A stretch of 64,000 bases of DNA from an uncultured Actinomycetota bacterium (GTDB lineage: Bacteria > Actinomycetota > Actinomycetes > JAHEKZ01): the NCBI GenBank assembly GCA_963743915.1, contig CAVURN010000001.1, forward strand, positions 480,001 through 544,000, given 5' to 3'. Shown piece by piece: positions 29,839-38,098 of this stretch; the first letter of the stretch is position 1; the number at the start of each line of letters is the position of its first letter. Under the pieces are notes generated by a model. It did not search any database and was not told the origin of the DNA. It was given only the letters and a program-made list of their open reading frames with translations. A program made the position numbers and the translations under genes.

Positions 29839-30633
29839 ATGTGCGGCCGATACGCCTCCGCGAAGGACCCGGACGCGCTCGTCGAGGAGTTCGAGGTCGA
29901 CGAGTCGCTGGTCGACAAACCGTTGAAGCCCGACTACAACGTCGCTCCGACCAAGCCGGTCTACGCCGTCGTCACACGGGGGCTCGGCGAGACACCCGAA
30001 GGCGAACCGCCGCCGGACGTCGAGCGACAGCTCCGTGTGGTGCGGTGGGGGTTGGTGCCGTCGTGGGCGAAGGACCCCTCGATCGGCTCTCGCATGATCA
30101 ACGCCCGCTCCGAGACGGTGGCCGACAAGCCCGCCTTCCGACGCGCCTTCGTCAAGCGACGTTGTCTGCTGCCGGCCGACGGCTACTACGAGTGGTACAC
30201 GCCCACCGGTGACGACGTGCCTCTCACCGCGAAGGGCAAACCGGTGAAGCAGCCGTTCTACATCCACCGGGAGGACGGCCACAGCCTGGCGATGGCGGGG
30301 CTGTACGAGTGGTGGCACGACAAGACGCGGGAACGTGACGACCCGGAGGCGTGGCTGCTCACCACGACCGTGATCACGACGTCCGCGACAGACGCGGTCG
30401 GCCGCATCCACGACCGGATGCCAGTCGTGGTCGCGGAGCCGGACTGGGAGCAGTGGCTCGATCCCCGGGTGGGGGAGCGGGAAGTGGTCGAGAGGCTCAT
30501 GCAACCCGCGCACAGTGCACCCCTCGCCGCCTATCCGGTGTCGGTGCGCGTCAACAGCGTGCGCAACAACGGGCCCGAGCTCATCGAGCCGCTTCCGCGT
30601 GGACGAGGCGGTGCCGGGAACCGTGGACGGTGA
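29839..30633 (+). CDS. SOS response-associated peptidase (SRAP/HMCES)
   Basis: N-terminal MCGRY, YNVAPT, WGLVPSW, INARSE, IHDRMP. Confidence 0.95.
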   Translation: MCGRYASAKDPDALVEEFEVDESLVDKPLKPDYNVAPTKPVYAVVTRGLGETPEGEPPPDVERQLRVVRWGLVPSWAKDPSIGSRMINARSETVADKPAFRRAFVKRRCLLPADGYYEWYTPTGDDVPLTAKGKPVKQPFYIHREDGHSLAMAGLYEWWHDKTRERDDPEAWLLTTTVITTSATDAVGRIHDRMPVVVAEPDWEQWLDPRVGEREVVERLMQPAHSAPLAAYPVSVRVNSVRNNGPELIEPLPRGRGGAGNRGR

Positions 30634-30668
30634 CGGGGCGTGGCCCCCCGCGCCGTGAGAGCGTCGAC

Positions 30669-31334
30669 GTGACACAGCTCGTGACCGTCACCACGTCCGT
30701 CGGTCCCGCCCGCTGGCACCTGGACGCGGCACCCGGCCGGGTGCGTGCGGTGCTCGCCCTGGGGCACGGTGCCGGCGGAGGCGTCGACGCGCCCGACCTC
30801 CAGCTGCTGGCACGACGGCTGCCCGAGGTCGACGTGACAGTCGCCCGGTTCGAGCAGCCCTGGCGGGTCGCTGGACGCTCGGTCGCGGGCCCGCCCCGCC
30901 AGCTCGACGCTGCATGGAGCGAGGCCCTCCCGGCGCTGCGGGCGCACACTCCCGAGCCACCCCTGGTGGTCGGAGGAAGGAGCGCCGGTGCCCGCGTGGC
31001 CTGCCGTACGGCTGCCCCGTCGGGCGCTGGTGGCGTGCTGTCCCTCGCGTTCCCGCTCCATCCACCGGGGCGTCCGGAACGCACCCGGGCCGCTGAGCTG
31101 GTGACCGACTGTCCGCTCCTCGTCGTGCAGGGGACCCGGGACCCCTTCGGGAGCGCGGACGAGGTGAGGGCCGTAGTCGGCGGCGGGGAGGCCGAGGTGG
31201 AACCGATCACCGGGGCCGACCACTCACTGCGGGTGGCGCGAGCGGGGCCACTCACGCAGGGGGAGGCGGACGAGCTGATCTTCGTGGCTGCTCGCCGCTG
31301 GCTGGTGCGTCTGGTGAGTGGGACGCTCTCCTGA
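30669..31334 (+). CDS. Alpha/beta hydrolase family protein
   Basis: HGAGGG, GGRSAGAR, FPLHPPG, QGTRDPFG, ADH. Confidence 0.9.
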   Translation: MTQLVTVTTSVGPARWHLDAAPGRVRAVLALGHGAGGGVDAPDLQLLARRLPEVDVTVARFEQPWRVAGRSVAGPPRQLDAAWSEALPALRAHTPEPPLVVGGRSAGARVACRTAAPSGAGGVLSLAFPLHPPGRPERTRAAELVTDCPLLVVQGTRDPFGSADEVRAVVGGGEAEVEPITGADHSLRVARAGPLTQGEADELIFVAARRWLVRLVSGTLS

Positions 31335-31343
31335 CAGGGCCGG

Positions 31344-31371
31344 GGAATCATCAAGGGCGCCGAGGGCGTTG
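31344..31371 (+). promoter_or_regulatory. Autoregulatory SigR/SigH promoter
   Basis: GGAAT-N19-GTTG directly upstream of sigR. Confidence 0.6.
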
Positions 31372-31373
31372 AG

Positions 31374-32018
31374 GTGAGCATGATCTGGGCACCCCCCTTT
31401 GCGTTACCGTTGCAGGCGATGACAGCGGAAGAGACCGTCGAAGAGCGTGCCGCCCGGTTCGAGCGTGACGCGTTGCCCTTCCTGGACCAGCTGTACGGCG
31501 CCGCGCTGCGCATGACGCGCAATGCCAGCGATGCCGAGGACCTCGTGCAGGAGACCTACGCGAAGGCGTTCGCCGCTTTCCACCAGTACAAGGACGGCAC
31601 GAACCTCAAGGCTTGGCTGTACCGGATCCTGACGAACACGTTCATCAACTCGTACCGCAAGAAGCAGCGCGAACCGCAGCAGACCGGTACCGACGAGATC
31701 GAGGACTGGCAGATCGCCCGGGCCGAGTCGCACACCTCGAGCGGATTGCGGTCGGCGGAGATCGAAGCGCTCGACCGGCTGCCCGACTCCGACATCAAGG
31801 AGGCGCTGGCGAGCCTGTCGGAGGAGTTCCGCATGGCGGTCTACCTCGCCGACGTCGAGGGCTTCGCCTACAAGGAGATCGCGGAGATCATGGATACTCC
31901 GGTCGGAACCGTGATGTCCCGTCTGCACCGAGGGCGTCGGCAGCTGCGAGCGATGCTCGAGGACTATGCACGTGAGCGCGGTTTCGCCGCCGCCGGCACC
32001 TCTGGAGATGCGTCATGA
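31374..32018 (+). CDS. sigR: ECF sigma factor SigR/SigH
   Basis: [43 protein letters not shown]; followed by a ZAS anti-sigma factor. Confidence 0.93.
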   Translation: MSMIWAPPFALPLQAMTAEETVEERAARFERDALPFLDQLYGAALRMTRNASDAEDLVQETYAKAFAAFHQYKDGTNLKAWLYRILTNTFINSYRKKQREPQQTGTDEIEDWQIARAESHTSSGLRSAEIEALDRLPDSDIKEALASLSEEFRMAVYLADVEGFAYKEIAEIMDTPVGTVMSRLHRGRRQLRAMLEDYARERGFAAAGTSGDAS

Positions 32019-32311
32019 GCAATGGCGACGCCCACGAGCTCGACTGCTCCGACGTCGTGGAGGCGGTGTACCTCTACCTCGACGGGGAGCTGGCGACCGA
32101 GGCGATCGAGGAGATCAAGCAGCATCTCGACGAGTGCTCGCCCTGCCTGCGCGAGTACGGCGTCGAGCAGGAGGTCAAGTCCCTCATCGCCAGGAGCTGC
32201 TGCGAGTCGGCCCCGGAGCAGCTGCGGGTAGCGATCCAGCAGCGGCTCGAGGTCGTCCGGACGCAGATGTCGTACACCGAGGTCACCACCTACCGACCCC
32301 TGACCGACTGA
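32015..32311 (+). CDS. rsrA: Zinc anti-sigma factor RsrA/RshA
   Basis: HLDECSPC (HxxxCxxC). Confidence 0.93.
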   Translation: MSNGDAHELDCSDVVEAVYLYLDGELATEAIEEIKQHLDECSPCLREYGVEQEVKSLIARSCCESAPEQLRVAIQQRLEVVRTQMSYTEVTTYRPLTD

Positions 32312-32335
32312 GCGGGTCCCCCCGTTCGGCGATCG

Positions 32336-32410
32336 TCAGGCGGTGGGGCGGTTGCCGTGGTTCGCGCTCTTCTTCTTGCGGTCGCGGCGCTTGCGGGCGC
32401 GCTTGCTCAT
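32336..32410 (-). CDS. 50S ribosomal protein bL37 (24 aa)
   Basis: Manual translation MSKRARKRRDRKKKSANHGNRPTA; AGGAG RBS; usual position after rsrA. Confidence 0.9.
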   Translation of the reverse strand: MSKRARKRRDRKKKSANHGNRPTA

Positions 32411-32485
32411 GATCACTCCTGGTCGTCGGGGGCAGCCGCACAGCGGATGATCGCGGCGGCGACCCCATGATTCCACACGCGACGC

Positions 32486-33181
32486 TCAGGGACCCAGCCG
32501 ACGGTTGACGGCGGCGAGCACGGCCCGCGCCACCGCATCGGTCTCGTCACCTCGCACCACCGCGCTGCCCGCCACTGACTGCGCACCGAGACGGGGCACC
32601 GAAAGCGTGAGCACGACCAGCGCGACGGCGTGTGATCCGGTCTCGACGACGGCGGCACTCTCGACCGCTGCCGGGATACCGAGCAGCTCGTCGAGCGCAC
32701 TCATCGTGGCGGACGCCACCAGGCGCGGGCGGGCGCTGGCGGCAGCGGCTCCGCGCTCGATCCCCACGAAGGTGTCACCGTCGAGGGTCAGGCGGACCTC
32801 GACCTCGATCTCGGCGCCGGTGCTGCGCACGCCGATCTCGGTGATCTCGGGACGCGCCTGCGCCTCGATCTCCTCGAGCACCTGCACCGTCTCCTCGACG
32901 TCCTCGTCACCGGCAGGAGAGGGCTCGAGGACGCTGGTCGCTCCCGGATCGTCCTCGATCTGCACGACGCTGACGATGCGGTGGTCCAGGTCGATGTCGA
33001 ACTGGGCCATCGCCAGCGACTGCACGTCGCGCACGACCTGCTTGGCGGGCTTTCCCGGCGCAGCCAGCACGTGGACCTCGGTGGGGTTCGCCTGGGCATC
33101 GGTGACGACGCTCACGGCGCGGACGCCGGGGATCTGCCGGATCGACTCTTCGAGGTCGGGAAGCAGGCGCAGGCTCGGCAT
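32486..33181 (-). CDS. Hypothetical protein; C-terminal half resembles the LeuA allosteric (regulatory) domain
   Basis: AGAAGGA RBS; EVHVLA..KPAKQVVRDVQS..DHRIVSVVQI; ends DAVARAVLAAVNRRL. Confidence 0.75.
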   Translation of the reverse strand: MPSLRLLPDLEESIRQIPGVRAVSVVTDAQANPTEVHVLAAPGKPAKQVVRDVQSLAMAQFDIDLDHRIVSVVQIEDDPGATSVLEPSPAGDEDVEETVQVLEEIEAQARPEITEIGVRSTGAEIEVEVRLTLDGDTFVGIERGAAAASARPRLVASATMSALDELLGIPAAVESAAVVETGSHAVALVVLTLSVPRLGAQSVAGSAVVRGDETDAVARAVLAAVNRRLGP

Positions 33182-33254
33182 GAAGGTCAGTCCTTCTCGG
33201 GTCAAGGTCATCGTCGGGATCACCGTGGGGGGTCGGGTGTCGGTCATGGGCAGC

Positions 33255-33705
33255 TCAAGGAAGGGTCCCACGGCGGGGGCCGTCAGGAAGCGGGCGGAGT
33301 CCGGCGACGAGCAGCCGCCGCGAGTGCAGGTCGACGGGCGGGACGGGCTCGTCGGAGTCGTCAGAGTCGCCGGAGTCGTCGGAGTCGTCAGCAGCCGGGG
33401 CTGCGGTCGCGGCGCGCCCGTCGGCGGTCTCCTGGTCGGGCAGCTCCGCCACGCCCCCGGTGAGCTCCCCCTCGAGGGCCACGAGGGTCGCGGGCAGCAC
33501 CGCTCTGGCATGGTCCACCAGCCGGCGCACGGACTCTCGCTGCAGCCATCGGAGCCGTCGGGCCTGTTCGGGGGTCAGCGACCCCTCGGCGACCGCGGTG
33601 TCCAGCGCGCCGTCGAAGGTGGCGGAAGGGGTCGGGTCGGAGAGGTCGAGCAGGGCCGCGACAAGGTCGGCGTACGCCGCCAGGCCGTCCGGCTTCGGTG
33701 CTCAA
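33255..33705 (-). CDS. Hypothetical protein (probable indel near the TTG start)
   Basis: Frame reading PDGLAAYADLVAALLDL..ARRLRWLQRESVRRLVDH..DDSDDSGDSDD; GGAGG RBS before TTG 33705. Confidence 0.6.
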
Positions 33706-33870
33706 CGTTCCCCCTCCCCGGTCGTCGGTGCCGATGGTCGGTGCGCCCCCGCTCGACACCCCCGCCCCCCTGCCTGCAGCAGGCTACGGCGTGCGGGAAA
33801 CTGCCCGGGGAGCACTCTCCGGACACATGCTCCGAACGTGTCCACAATGGTCAGGTAGTGCTACAGGTAC

Positions 33871-33886
33871 TAGCCCGTTCGGGCTA
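33871..33886. promoter_or_regulatory. Palindromic operator candidate
   Basis: TAGCCCG-TT-CGGGCTA in the divergent intergenic region. Confidence 0.45.
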
Positions 33887-33887
33887 A

Positions 33888-34160
33888 TCAAGGGCACAAT
33901 TCGGCCGCGAGTGACAGCCGTCCTTGACGGCCACACCCGTCACACCCTTCACTTCCGTAGCGGCGGTGCTCGGCCTGACGGACACCGCCGCAGACAACTG
34001 CAGAGGGCGGATCCGGGATCGGCAGCGGGTGAGGAGGCTCGGAGCGGGCGCGAGACGCCCTGCTCCCACAGCTTCAACGCGCACGAAATCCCGTTCACAG
34101 GGATCAACTTCGAAGCGGAGCGGATGCTGCGCGAGCCATTCAGCGGGGCTCGCGACATCA
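33888..34160 (+). ncRNA. Candidate structured leader or cis-regulatory RNA
   Basis: Serial hairpins GCCGTC/GACGGC, GCGGCGGTG/CACCGCCGC, GGAGCGGGCG/CGCCCTGCTCC, ATCCC/GGGAT, CGCGAGCC/GGCTCGCG; no convincing CDS. Confidence 0.35.
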
Positions 34161-34184
34161 CGTGCGAGGGGTGATTCCCACAAC

Positions 34185-34250
34185 ATGAGCAAGGTTGTTT
34201 CCGCGGTAGAGCGTTTCCTGTCCAGCGGCGCTGGTTGGTCGTGGCACTAG
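34185..34250 (+). CDS. 21-aa peptide MSKVVSAVERFLSSGAGWSWH
   Basis: Strong SD GAGGGGTGA about 10 nt before ATG; TAG stop; directly upstream of the HD-GYP pair. Confidence 0.6.
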   Translation: MSKVVSAVERFLSSGAGWSWH

Positions 34251-34306
34251 AGACTCGTCGGCTGCCGGTCCCGGATCCTCCCTCACTTCCCCCAGGAGTC
34301 GCTGGT

Positions 34307-35746
34307 ATGCAGCAGCTGCGTCGCGCAGCGGTCGTGTACGTGGCCGTCGTCACGGCTGCCGCGGTCGCTGCGCTGGTTGCTGCCCTCATCGAGGTCACCG
34401 ACAATCCCGATCACCTCGGGGTCGTGGCGGTGCTCGCTCCCATCTTCGTGCTGTCGGTCTACCTCAAGTCGCGGATGACGCAGGAGGTCGACCTCTCGGC
34501 CAACGTGCCCATGCTGATCGCCGCCTACCTGATCGGCGGATGGTCGGTCGCCTGTCTGGTCGGCGTCTCGGCGATCGTGCTCGACCGCCACCGCGCCTGG
34601 TCGCGGCTGCTCTTCAACAATGCCCAGTGGGTGCTGATGGGACTGGCCGGCGGGCTGGTCTACCAGGCCATGGGCGGGAAGCTCATGCAGGACCTCACCC
34701 CCACCGGCTTCACGGAGGATCTGCTGCCGCCGATCATCGTGTCGATCGGGGCCGTCATCGCCGTCAACGCCGCGCTGATGCTCGGGATCCTGGCCTTCCA
34801 GGAGCACATCCGTCCGGCGACGATCCTGCGCAGCATGGTGCTGACCACCGTCGGTCCCTACTTCGCGTACGGACTCCTCGGGCTGCTCATGGCCGTGCTC
34901 TGGTCCATCGGGAGCGGCTTTGCTGCTGTGCTCGTCCTGATCCCACTTCTCGTGGCTCGTTGGGCGTTCGAGCAGTACGCCGAGCAGCGCGTGGCGTACG
35001 AGGCCACCATCCGGTCGCTGGTGCAGGCGGTCGAGACCAAGGACCACTACACCCGTGGCCACAGTGAACGCGTCTCCCGCGCCTCGGTGCTCATCGCGCG
35101 CGTTCTCAGCATGCGCGAAGACCGGGTGGAGGCGCTGCGGTACGCGGGCATCCTGCATGACGTCGGTAAGCTCGGCGTGCCCACGCGGGTGCTGCAGAAG
35201 AGTGGACCGCTCAGCGACCAGGAGTTCGCCGCGATCCAGCTGCACCCGGTGCGCGGCACGGAGATGGTGCGCGGCATCGCCTTCCTGGAGGAGGCGTACA
35301 CCGGCATCCTCCACCACCACGAGCGGCTCGACGGCCGGGGATACCCGAGTGGTTTGTCGGGCGCGGACATCCCCGAGTTCGCCCGGATCATCGCGGTGGC
35401 GGACGCCTTCGACTCGATGACGTCCACCCGCTCGTACCGCGGTGCGCGGGACGTGCCGTCAGCGCTCGAGGAGCTGGAACGCTGCATCGGCACCCAGTTC
35501 GACGAACCGATGGTGCGGGCCCTGATCACCGCACTCGAGCGTGAGCCGTGGACCACTGTTGCAGCCGCCGAGCAGCGTGAGCTGGACGTCGAGCTCGTCG
35601 CCGGCAGCTACGACCACGACGACCCCACGGTCGAGCAGCCCACCGGTCACGACGCCGACGTGGCGGCGGAGGCTGCCCGCGCCGAGGCCCTCGAGCAGAA
35701 GCTTCTCCACGGTCGTGACGTCCTGGACCGGGGGGGCTGGTCATGA
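34307..35746 (+). CDS. Membrane-anchored HD-GYP c-di-GMP phosphodiesterase (canonical motifs)
   Basis: Multi-TM N-terminus; KDHYTRGHSERV, HDVGK, HHHERLDGRGYP, DAFDSMT.RSYR. Confidence 0.92.
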   Translation: MQQLRRAAVVYVAVVTAAAVAALVAALIEVTDNPDHLGVVAVLAPIFVLSVYLKSRMTQEVDLSANVPMLIAAYLIGGWSVACLVGVSAIVLDRHRAWSRLLFNNAQWVLMGLAGGLVYQAMGGKLMQDLTPTGFTEDLLPPIIVSIGAVIAVNAALMLGILAFQEHIRPATILRSMVLTTVGPYFAYGLLGLLMAVLWSIGSGFAAVLVLIPLLVARWAFEQYAEQRVAYEATIRSLVQAVETKDHYTRGHSERVSRASVLIARVLSMREDRVEALRYAGILHDVGKLGVPTRVLQKSGPLSDQEFAAIQLHPVRGTEMVRGIAFLEEAYTGILHHHERLDGRGYPSGLSGADIPEFARIIAVADAFDSMTSTRSYRGARDVPSALEELERCIGTQFDEPMVRALITALEREPWTTVAAAEQRELDVELVAGSYDHDDPTVEQPTGHDADVAAEAARAEALEQKLLHGRDVLDRGGWS

Positions 35747-37038
35747 GGTCCACATGGGCGCAGGAGTTCTCCGGCGGCTCGGTGCTCGTCGTCGTGGGCG
35801 GCCTGCTGCTGGCGGTGGCGGGGGTGGCCTCCGCGGCCACCGGGGACATCGTGGATCCCACGATCGCCGTCGGCTTCGGCGCACTGATCGCCCTGGGTGA
35901 GCTGGTGCGCGTCAACCTTCCGGGAGACCGCTCCGCAGCACCACTCGGGGCAGCGGCGGCCCTGGCCTACGCCCTGCTCGGATCCTTCCGACAGCTCAGC
36001 GGCACGGTAGAGCAGACGGAGTACGGCGTCCTCCAGGTCGTCGCCGTCTGCACCATCGCCGTCATCGTGGGTGCCGTTCCGCACATGGCGGTCGGGCATC
36101 CGCCACGGCTGGAGTCGTTGGCGCGCCGCGTGCTCGTGGCCGGCCTGGCCGCGCTGCTGTTCCGACCCCTCTACACCAACGGCAAGCTGGAAGGGATCAC
36201 TGACGGCGGCTGGCAGCTGCCCGCTCTCATGCTCGTCATCGTGCTGGTCTGCGGTGTGGCCGACGCGCTGCTCGCCGCGCTCGCGCGCGCCGGCCGCGAG
36301 AGCATGCCGTTCGGCGCGGCGGCGCGTGACGAGTTCCGCGCGCTGCTCGGGATCGGCTCGGCCATCGGCGCGACCGGTGTCCTCATCGCCCTGGCGGCAG
36401 GGGTGATGGGCTTCTGGGCGTTGCCGCTGTTCATGCTGCCGCTGCTGGCTGCCCAGTTCTCGTTCCGGCGGTACGCCAGCATCCGGGCGACCTACTTGCA
36501 GACCATCCGGGCGTTGTCGCGCGTGACCGAGGTCGGTGGGTACACCGAGAGCGGTCACGCGCAACGCGTGGCACGCCTGTCGGTCGCAGTCGGACGTGAG
36601 ATGGGCTTGTCGGAGGCAGACCTCGTCGATCTCGAGTACGCGGCTCTCATGCATGACATCGGGCAGCTCTCGCTCACCGACCCGATCCCCGGAGGTGCGA
36701 CCGTGATGGTCGCTCGCGACGAGCAGCGACGCATCGCCGAGCTCGGCGCCGAGGTGATCCGGCAGACCGGTGTCATGGATCGCGTCGCGCACATCGTGGA
36801 GCAGCAGGCCGAGCCGTTCCGGCGTCCTGGTCAACCCTTCGACGCAAGCGTCCCGGTCGCGAGCCGCATCATCCGCGTGGTGAACGCCTACGACGACCTG
36901 GTGGGTGGCTCCCTCGACACCGATCGACGGATCGCGGCGCTGGACCGGTTGCGGCTCGGAGTCGCCTACGAGTACGACCCGCACGTGGTCGATCTCGTCA
37001 GTCGCGCGGTCGAGCGCACCATGCTGGTCGACGCCTGA
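35743..37038 (+). CDS. Membrane-anchored degenerate HD-GYP protein
   Basis: TM N-terminus; YTESGHAQRV and HDIGQ present, HHE/GYP motifs absent; ATGA-coupled to the previous gene. Confidence 0.88.
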   Translation: MRSTWAQEFSGGSVLVVVGGLLLAVAGVASAATGDIVDPTIAVGFGALIALGELVRVNLPGDRSAAPLGAAAALAYALLGSFRQLSGTVEQTEYGVLQVVAVCTIAVIVGAVPHMAVGHPPRLESLARRVLVAGLAALLFRPLYTNGKLEGITDGGWQLPALMLVIVLVCGVADALLAALARAGRESMPFGAAARDEFRALLGIGSAIGATGVLIALAAGVMGFWALPLFMLPLLAAQFSFRRYASIRATYLQTIRALSRVTEVGGYTESGHAQRVARLSVAVGREMGLSEADLVDLEYAALMHDIGQLSLTDPIPGGATVMVARDEQRRIAELGAEVIRQTGVMDRVAHIVEQQAEPFRRPGQPFDASVPVASRIIRVVNAYDDLVGGSLDTDRRIAALDRLRLGVAYEYDPHVVDLVSRAVERTMLVDA

Positions 37039-37053
37039 CCTGCCCACAGTCCT

Positions 37054-37770
37054 TTGACAGAGTTCCTGCTGCTCGCTGCGGCGACGGCAGCGGCCGGGAT
37101 GCTCAGCGCCGTCACCGGGTTCGGTGGCGCTGTCATCGTGACTCCCCTCTTCGTGGCGGTCCTGGGTGTCCGAGATGCCGTCGCAGTCCTGACCGTCGTC
37201 CAGCTCGCGAGCAACGTGAGCCGTGTCGCCTTCAACCGCCACGACGTGGACCGGTCGATCGTGCTCGCCTTCAGCGCTGGCGCCGTGCCCGCCGCGGTGG
37301 TCGGCTCGTTGCTCTTCGCCGTCGCCCCCGTGCCGGCCCTGGTGCGGGCCGTCGGCGTCTTCCTGCTGGTCGCCGTGGTGTGGCTGCGGCTGGCCCCGTC
37401 GATGCCTCGGCTCGGCGGTCCGGCGTTCGCGGGGCTCGGGGCCGCGTCCGGACTCGGTTCGGCGCTGGTGGGCAGCGTCGGCCCGTTCGTGGCCCCCTTC
37501 TTCCTCTCTCAGGGGTTGGTGCGCGGCGCGTACATCGGCACCGAGGCCGCGTCCGCTGTCGTCATGCACCTGGTCAAGCTGGTCGTCTACGGAGCCGTGG
37601 CCGTGCTGACGACGAGCGGTCTGCTGTACGGTCTGGCGCTCGCACCGGCGAGTGTGGCGGGATCGTGGATGGGACGTCGCGTGGTCGATCGCATGCCGGT
37701 CGCCGTCTTTCGCGCCGTGGTGGAGGTCGGCCTCGTGGTGGCGGGGCTGCTCCTGATCCTGCGCGGATGA
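37054..37770 (+). CDS. TauE/SafE sulfite exporter family protein
   Basis: SAVTGFGGAV, ALVGSVGP, YIGTEA; about 8 TM. Confidence 0.88.
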   Translation: MTEFLLLAAATAAAGMLSAVTGFGGAVIVTPLFVAVLGVRDAVAVLTVVQLASNVSRVAFNRHDVDRSIVLAFSAGAVPAAVVGSLLFAVAPVPALVRAVGVFLLVAVVWLRLAPSMPRLGGPAFAGLGAASGLGSALVGSVGPFVAPFFLSQGLVRGAYIGTEAASAVVMHLVKLVVYGAVAVLTTSGLLYGLALAPASVAGSWMGRRVVDRMPVAVFRAVVEVGLVVAGLLLILRG

Positions 37771-37822
37771 GGCAGCGGAGGGTGCGTGGTTGGATGGAGC
37801 GTCGCGCGGGAGGGAGTGTCAG

Positions 37823-38038
37823 GTGACCGAGCAGATCCGGGCCGAGATGGTGGCCAACGTGATGTCCCTGCTCGTGTCCGACGGAGACCTGGTCGAGCCC
37901 GGTCAGGCCGTGGTGATCCTCGAGTCGATGAAGATGGAGATCCCGGTCCTGGCCGAACGCGGGGGGACGGTCGTCGCGGTCTCGGTCAGCGAAGGTGAGG
38001 TCGTCCAGGAGGGCGACGTCATCGTGGAGCTGAGCTGA
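37823..38038 (+). CDS. Biotinyl/lipoyl carrier protein (TB7.3-like)
   Basis: ILESMKMEIPV, 71 aa. Confidence 0.9.
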   Translation: MTEQIRAEMVANVMSLLVSDGDLVEPGQAVVILESMKMEIPVLAERGGTVVAVSVSEGEVVQEGDVIVELS

Positions 38039-38098
38039 CCCCGAAGGACTAGCCCGCCCGGCCTAAAGGTCGGCCCCGGTGGGGTCGAAGCCTCCCTC

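Noticed and set aside
33348-33390. 9-bp tandem repeat (GACGACTCC)n
   Set aside because: Encodes the acidic DDS linker of a hypothetical protein; not a CRISPR or regulatory array.
33888-34160. Known c-di-GMP-I/II riboswitch
   Set aside because: Could not find the GNRA tetraloop/receptor with GCAAA junctions or the class II kink-turn/pseudoknot by eye; kept only as an unknown structured RNA candidate.
34185-34250. WxW peptide as a RiPP precursor (radical-SAM or P450 cross-linked)
   Set aside because: No radical SAM, P450, YcaO, lanthipeptide or dedicated transporter gene nearby; a signalling role fits the context better.
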